Positions 60,321-64,000 of a stretch of DNA of 64,000 bases are shown piece by piece. Where the stretch lies: contig CAVXQJ010000001.1 of assembly GCA_963763745.1 (NCBI GenBank), positions 194,431-258,430 on the forward strand. Direction: 5' to 3'. Origin of the DNA: an uncultured delta proteobacterium (GTDB taxonomy: Bacteria > Myxococcota_A > Polyangia > Polyangiales > Polyangiaceae). The notes beneath the pieces were generated by a model. That model was not told where the DNA came from, ran no database searches, and saw nothing but the letters and a program-made list of their open reading frames with translations. Position 1 is the first letter of the stretch; every line of letters starts with the position of its first letter. A program made the translations under genes and the position numbers.

Positions 60321-60998
60321 TCAATCCGGCGCGCGGGGACACTCGCTCAACCGAATGAGGCCACGGCGTCGCCAACCGATCGCTGCGAGCCACGTGCGCG
60401 CGCCGAAGACGGCGGGGGGGTCGCGGTCGGGCCACTCGATGCGCGCGGCGAACCCATCGAACCAAGGCGCAGACGAGAACGCGTCCACGCCCGACGCGAT
60501 GCGCGCACCGTGCTTTCGTGCGTTCATGAGGACGTAAACGATCGCATTGCGCACAGCGCGCGGCGTCGTGAGCTCACGCGCGTGAAAGCGGTCGCCCCAC
60601 ACCTTGCCACGAACATGCAGCGCGCGATTCACCGCGCGCGCAAGGCGCGTCGCGAGGCCACGCAGTCCGCGTGAAAGGGTGTCCGCATCGTGCGCCTCCA
60701 CGATGAGGTGCACGTGATCGCGCTGCACCGAGAACTGCACCACGCGAAACGCTTCGCCGACGGCGGGCGAGTGATTCGAGCCGCGGATCGCGCGCGTGAG
60801 CTCGTGGAAGATGCCGTGCTCGCGAAATGGCGGAAGACCGGCGCGCGCGCGCAGCGTGACGTGGACCGGGTGGCGCGCCTTGTGGGCGCCACGCGTGCGG
60901 TGCGGAACGTTGCGCCGTGCGCGGGGAAAGCGCGGTTTTCTGCCCGCGTTGGCGCGCTTGCCACCCCACGTCCGAAATTCGATTTGCGTCTGCCGCAT
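60321..60998 (-). CDS. IS200-like Y1 (HUH) transposase, REP-associated tyrosine transposase (RAYT)-like
   Basis: VVQFSVQRDHVHLIVEAHDA (HUH motif) and later Y1 region GKVWGDRFHARELT...YVLMNARKHG. Confidence 0.7.
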   Translation of the reverse strand: MRQTQIEFRTWGGKRANAGRKPRFPRARRNVPHRTRGAHKARHPVHVTLRARAGLPPFREHGIFHELTRAIRGSNHSPAVGEAFRVVQFSVQRDHVHLIVEAHDADTLSRGLRGLATRLARAVNRALHVRGKVWGDRFHARELTTPRAVRNAIVYVLMNARKHGARIASGVDAFSSAPWFDGFAARIEWPDRDPPAVFGARTWLAAIGWRRRGLIRLSECPRAPD

Positions 60999-61080
60999 GA
61001 ACTTGATTGGGCTATCTTTGTCATGGGCGTGACCATTGTCAAGGCGTCTGAGTGCACGCGGCTAGACAGGGGTAGGCACG

Positions 61081-61170
61081 CGGGCGAGACCGAGACGGAG
61101 ACGGACGCAGAGCCGGAGACGGACGCAGAGCCGGAGACGGTGACGGACACCGAGACGGAGACGGGGCGCG
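61081..61170. repeat. hexanucleotide tandem array (GAGACG-like) of about 14 units, with internal 18-nt duplication GAGCCGGAGACGGACGCA x2
   Basis: GAGACCGAGACGGAGACGGACGCAGAGCCGGAGACGGACGCAGAGCCGGAGACGGTGACGGACACCGAGACGGAGACGG read directly, about 85 nt upstream of the RAYT start. Confidence 0.85.
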
Positions 61171-61355
61171 TCAGCGCGTTTTGCGCGTTTTCGTCACGGA
61201 CCGCGCCTTCTTCTTCGCGCGCTTGTTCGTCGGCTTCTTCGCCGTGCTCTGCTTCTTCGTCTTCTTCTTCGGCTTCGCGGACTTCGCGCGCGTCTCGCCG
61301 AACCACCAGCCCTGTTGCGGATGAGCGAGGGATCGCGCTTGCTAGTAGTTGATGC

Positions 61356-62123
61356 TCACGCAAGCCAGCGCGCGAGCACGACCGAGATGTTGTCCGGTCC
61401 ACCGTGCTCGTTCGCGCGCTGAATCAGGCGGCTCGCCGCCGTCTTCAAATCCGACGAGTGCGTCACGATGTCGAGCATGTCGGGGTCCGTCACCGGGCCG
61501 GACAAGCCATCGGAGCAGAGAAGGTACGTGTCGCCCGCGCGCGGTTGTTCGAAGCGCGTGTCGACCTTGACGGTGTCTTTCATGCCGAGCGCGCGCACGA
61601 TGACGTTCTTGTGCGGGAAGTTCGCGATCTCTTCCGGCGTGAGGCGCTTCATCTTGATGTAGTCGTTGAGCAGCGAGTGGTCCTCGGTGAGCTGCTCGAT
61701 TTTTCCTTCGCGAATGCGGTAGCCGCGCGAGTCGCCGACGTGCGCGACGTACACGCCGTCCTCCACGGCGAACATCGTCACGATGGTCGTGCCCATTCCG
61801 CGCTGCCGCGGGTCGCGCTGCGCGCTCTCGTAGATGCGCAGGTTCGCGAGCTTGATGCCCGTGATGAGGCGGTTCTCTTCGTAGCCTTTGCTACGATCCA
61901 TTTTGTACGGCCACGTGCGCTCGGGGTCTTGCGCCGTCGAGTTGAAGAACTCCTTCATCGAGTCGACGGCCATCTTGCTCGCCACCTCGCCGGACGCGTG
62001 ACCGCCCATGCCATCGGCGACGATGTAGAGGCCCGCGTCCTCGATGATGGAGAAATTGTCCTCGTTGTGGGTTCGCTTCATACCCACATTCGTTTCGCCC
62101 GCGACTTCGATGCGCAGCGCCAT
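61356..62123 (-). CDS. PP2C-family Ser/Thr protein phosphatase
   Basis: C-terminal 255 aa of track ORF 61356..62600: GMKRTHNEDN, VADGMGGH, GDSRGY, LLCSDGL, GGPDNISVV motifs. Confidence 0.85.
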   Translation of the reverse strand: MALRIEVAGETNVGMKRTHNEDNFSIIEDAGLYIVADGMGGHASGEVASKMAVDSMKEFFNSTAQDPERTWPYKMDRSKGYEENRLITGIKLANLRIYESAQRDPRQRGMGTTIVTMFAVEDGVYVAHVGDSRGYRIREGKIEQLTEDHSLLNDYIKMKRLTPEEIANFPHKNVIVRALGMKDTVKVDTRFEQPRAGDTYLLCSDGLSGPVTDPDMLDIVTHSSDLKTAASRLIQRANEHGGPDNISVVLARWLA

Positions 62124-62140
62124 CGTGACCGACGAAGCTA

Positions 62141-63142
62141 CTACGGAGGCGCTAGAAGCGCTACGTCGACCTCGCGGTAACGTCCGGCGGCGAAGACGGA
62201 GAGCTTGAGCGTGTCGCCGACGGCGTGTTTCGAGACGATTTCGGCGAGTCGCTCGGGCGTGTCGAGCGGTTGGCCGTCGGCGACGACGATGAGGTCGGTC
62301 GTCGTGTGGAGGCCGCCGCGCTCGGCGGGGGAGTGCGGCGCGACCGCTTGGACGCGGACGCCGCGGATGCCGTTGACGGTGTCCGGCGTGCCGTTGATGC
62401 CGAGCCAGGGCGACGGCGGGACCGCGTTCGCGGGCGTGCGCGCGAGGAACATGCGAATCGAGAGAATCGGGATGAGGATCGTGACGTCGGAGCACGCAGC
62501 CGCGTCCGCGTTGCGACACGCATGACCCGCGATGCCGAGCGAGCGACCCTCCGGGTCGAGGAGCGGCGCGCCCGAGGGCGGCGCATGGTCGAGCTCCCAC
62601 GCTCCGCTCAGCGCAGTCCCGTCTTTCGCGTGCGCGTCGATGCGCGCTTTGAGCTTCGCGGGCACGACCGATGGACGACCTCCCGCGAGCGACCCCGCGC
62701 GAAGCTCGACGGTCATGGGATCCTTGTCGCTCGTGAGAAGGCCCGTCGTGTAACGACCCGAGAGCGGAACGAGGAGCGCGAGATCGAGCACCGGGTCTTT
62801 GTGCGCGGCGCGCGTGTGGACGGTGTGGCCGTCCGCGTAGCGGACGTCGGCTGCGTCGTTCGGACCGACCGCGGCGAGCGACGTGATCATGCGCCCATCG
62901 CCCTCGAGGACGACCGCGATGCCCGTCGCGCGACCGGCCACTTCGACCGTGACGAGCGCTTGGCGAATGCGATCCGTCGGGAGCCCGGTGGTCGTGGTCG
63001 CCGCCGCGTGCGATGCGCTCGGATTCGGCAGCGGCAGCAAATCCCCCGTCGCGACGCCTTCACCGAGGAGGCTCGACGCCGCCACGGCGGTCACGCCGAG
63101 CGCGAGGAGTGCGAGGAATCCACGGTGCACGTTGCCAAGCAT
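62141..63142 (-). CDS. trypsin-like serine protease with C-terminal PDZ domain (HtrA-like)
   Basis: Signal-like MLGNVHRGFLALLALGVTAVAASS; GAPLLDPEGRSLGIAGHA protease core; PDZ GVRVQAVAPHSPAERGGL...GDTLKLSV; ends 17 nt upstream of PP2C. Confidence 0.65.
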   Translation of the reverse strand: MLGNVHRGFLALLALGVTAVAASSLLGEGVATGDLLPLPNPSASHAAATTTTGLPTDRIRQALVTVEVAGRATGIAVVLEGDGRMITSLAAVGPNDAADVRYADGHTVHTRAAHKDPVLDLALLVPLSGRYTTGLLTSDKDPMTVELRAGSLAGGRPSVVPAKLKARIDAHAKDGTALSGAWELDHAPPSGAPLLDPEGRSLGIAGHACRNADAAACSDVTILIPILSIRMFLARTPANAVPPSPWLGINGTPDTVNGIRGVRVQAVAPHSPAERGGLHTTTDLIVVADGQPLDTPERLAEIVSKHAVGDTLKLSVFAAGRYREVDVALLAPP

Positions 63143-63171
63143 AGCGCGTCTTGGTACTGAATCCGCAGCCG

Positions 63172-63360
63172 ATGGAACAGCACGACAACAAGCACGACGC
63201 GGCACAAGACGAGCCGCAGACGCCGATGTGGCTGCCCATCCTCGGCATCGCGCTGTTTCTCATCGTCGGCATTTACTGGGCGACGAGGCCGGTTCCGCGG
63301 CCGCCGCCCGCGCCCGCTGCGCCGCCCGCATCGGTCGCGCCAGCCGCCAGCGCACGCTGA
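63172..63360 (+). CDS. small single-TM protein (hypothetical)
   Basis: MEQHDNKHDAAQDEPQTPMWLPILGIALFLIVGIYWATRP then Pro/Ala tail; immediately upstream of gluQ. Confidence 0.3.
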   Translation: MEQHDNKHDAAQDEPQTPMWLPILGIALFLIVGIYWATRPVPRPPPAPAAPPASVAPAASAR

Positions 63361-63361
63361 G

Positions 63362-64000
63362 TTGTCGGCGCGGTTCTGGGCCTCCGAGGAATGGAGCGCG
63401 CTTCGCGCGACGACACGGACGCGCTTCGCTCCGTCGCCAACGGGCGATCTCCACCTCGGCGGCGCGCTCTGCGCGCTCGCGTCGTTCGAGATCGCGCGCG
63501 CGGGGTCTCCACCCGGCGCGTTCGTCGTGCGCATGGAGGATCTCGATGCGCCGCGCGTCGTGCCCGGATCCGCGGAGCGCATTCTCGACGATCTCGCGTG
63601 GCTCGGCCTCGCTGGCGACGAAGACTATGTGCAGTCCGCACGCATTTCGATCTACGAAAGCGCGCTCACGGCGCTCGAAGCGCTCGACCTCACCTACGCA
63701 TGCGATTGCTCGCGCGCCGAGATCGCGCGAGTCGCGAGCGCGCCGCACGAGGGTGAAGACGTGACGTATCCGGGGACGTGCCGCGACAAAGATCCGAAGC
63801 GCGAGATGCGCAGGCCGCCCGCGATGCGTTTTCGCGCGACGGCGGGCTCGAGCATCGACGACTTCGTTCTTCGCCGCGGAGATGGCGTCTTCGCATACCA
63901 GCTCGCGGTGAGCGTGGACGATCTCGCGATGGCGATCGCGTGCGTCGTTCGTGGAGAGGATCTCGCGTCATCGACGCCGCGTCAGCTCGCGATCATGCGC
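63362..64000 (+). CDS. gluQ: glutamyl-Q tRNA(Asp) synthetase (truncated GluRS paralogue), 5' part; runs off window end
   Basis: Frame read by hand: RFAPSPTGDLHLGG (class I HIGH-region equivalent) and TYPGTCRDK, diagnostic of GluQRS; TTG start at 63362 assumed. Confidence 0.75.
   Translation, partial: MSARFWASEEWSALRATTRTRFAPSPTGDLHLGGALCALASFEIARAGSPPGAFVVRMEDLDAPRVVPGSAERILDDLAWLGLAGDEDYVQSARISIYESALTALEALDLTYACDCSRAEIARVASAPHEGEDVTYPGTCRDKDPKREMRRPPAMRFRATAGSSIDDFVLRRGDGVFAYQLAVSVDDLAMAIACVVRGEDLASSTPRQLAIMR

Noticed and set aside
61180-61330. Lys-rich (KKKTKKQSTAKKPTNKRAKKKARSV) histone-H1-like reading frame
   Set aside because: There is no ATG/GTG/TTG in frame after the upstream TAG. 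The other two frames of the same GAA/GAC-rich DNA give poly-Glu and poly-Ser. It is most likely a compositional artefact of the repeat tract, though a frameshifted basic tail cannot be fully excluded.
62225-63160. 311-aa plus-strand ORF
   Set aside because: Arg/Asp/Glu-rich artefact antisense to the HtrA-like protease gene.

Overview
This is a ~70% GC window of bacterial chromosome. The gene content points to a myxobacterium (Myxococcales): an S8 peptidase with a MYXO-CTERM sorting tail, a MopE-type Cys-rich lipoprotein, DUF4339 and proline-rich proteins, and a TamB/Omp85 pair.

Layout:
- 1-10.9 kb: ten co-directional genes on the minus strand (Cys-rich lipoproteins, a DUF4339 protein, ComF, an alpha/beta hydrolase, a LeuA-like synthase, dnaK, grpE, a SpoU methyltransferase).
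- 10.9-18.7 kb: plus-strand tamB followed by a giant Omp85/BamA-like gene.
- 18.7-23.9 kb: chrA plus a DUF962 gene, then a tldD-pmbA-phosphoesterase operon.
- 23.9-29.8 kb: a lower-GC island (about 58-62%) of secreted proteins and lipoproteins, plus a mini-macro protein.
- 29.9-34.3 kb: an FGE-domain/phosphoesterase operon and the S8 protease.
- 34.3-51.1 kb: an NPP-family gene, nei and tRNA-Lys(CUU), then a glycan-biosynthesis locus. The locus holds the GDP-D-glycero-alpha-D-manno-heptose pathway (hddC-hddA-gmhA-gmhB), a GT-C glycosyltransferase, a YfhO-like membrane protein, a flavoprotein, a methyltransferase-GT2 fusion, a GT87-like membrane protein and an epimerase.
- 51.1-64 kb: transaldolase, a PA-IL-like lectin, a beta-CASP RNase, a NUDIX hydrolase, uppP, an alcohol dehydrogenase, an ECF sigma/anti-sigma pair, an MFS transporter, an IS200-like (RAYT) transposase with tandem-repeat flanks, a PP2C/HtrA-like pair and a partial gluQ.

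Notable non-coding structure:
- A 29-nt GC-rich hairpin element sits in two intergenic spacers of the dnaK cluster.
- An ~88-nt palindrome built from inverted heptamer tandem repeats lies in a divergent promoter region.
- Two hexanucleotide tandem-repeat arrays are present.

Many genes, mostly in the second half of the window, carry single-base frame disruptions. Two regions (41.8-46.1 kb and 50.2-51.1 kb) are heavily fragmented. I cannot tell sequencing indels from genuine pseudogenes using sequence alone. Coordinates include the stop codon where applicable. The many long Arg-rich ORFs in the six-frame track that lie antisense to, or out of frame with, these genes are treated as GC-driven artefacts.
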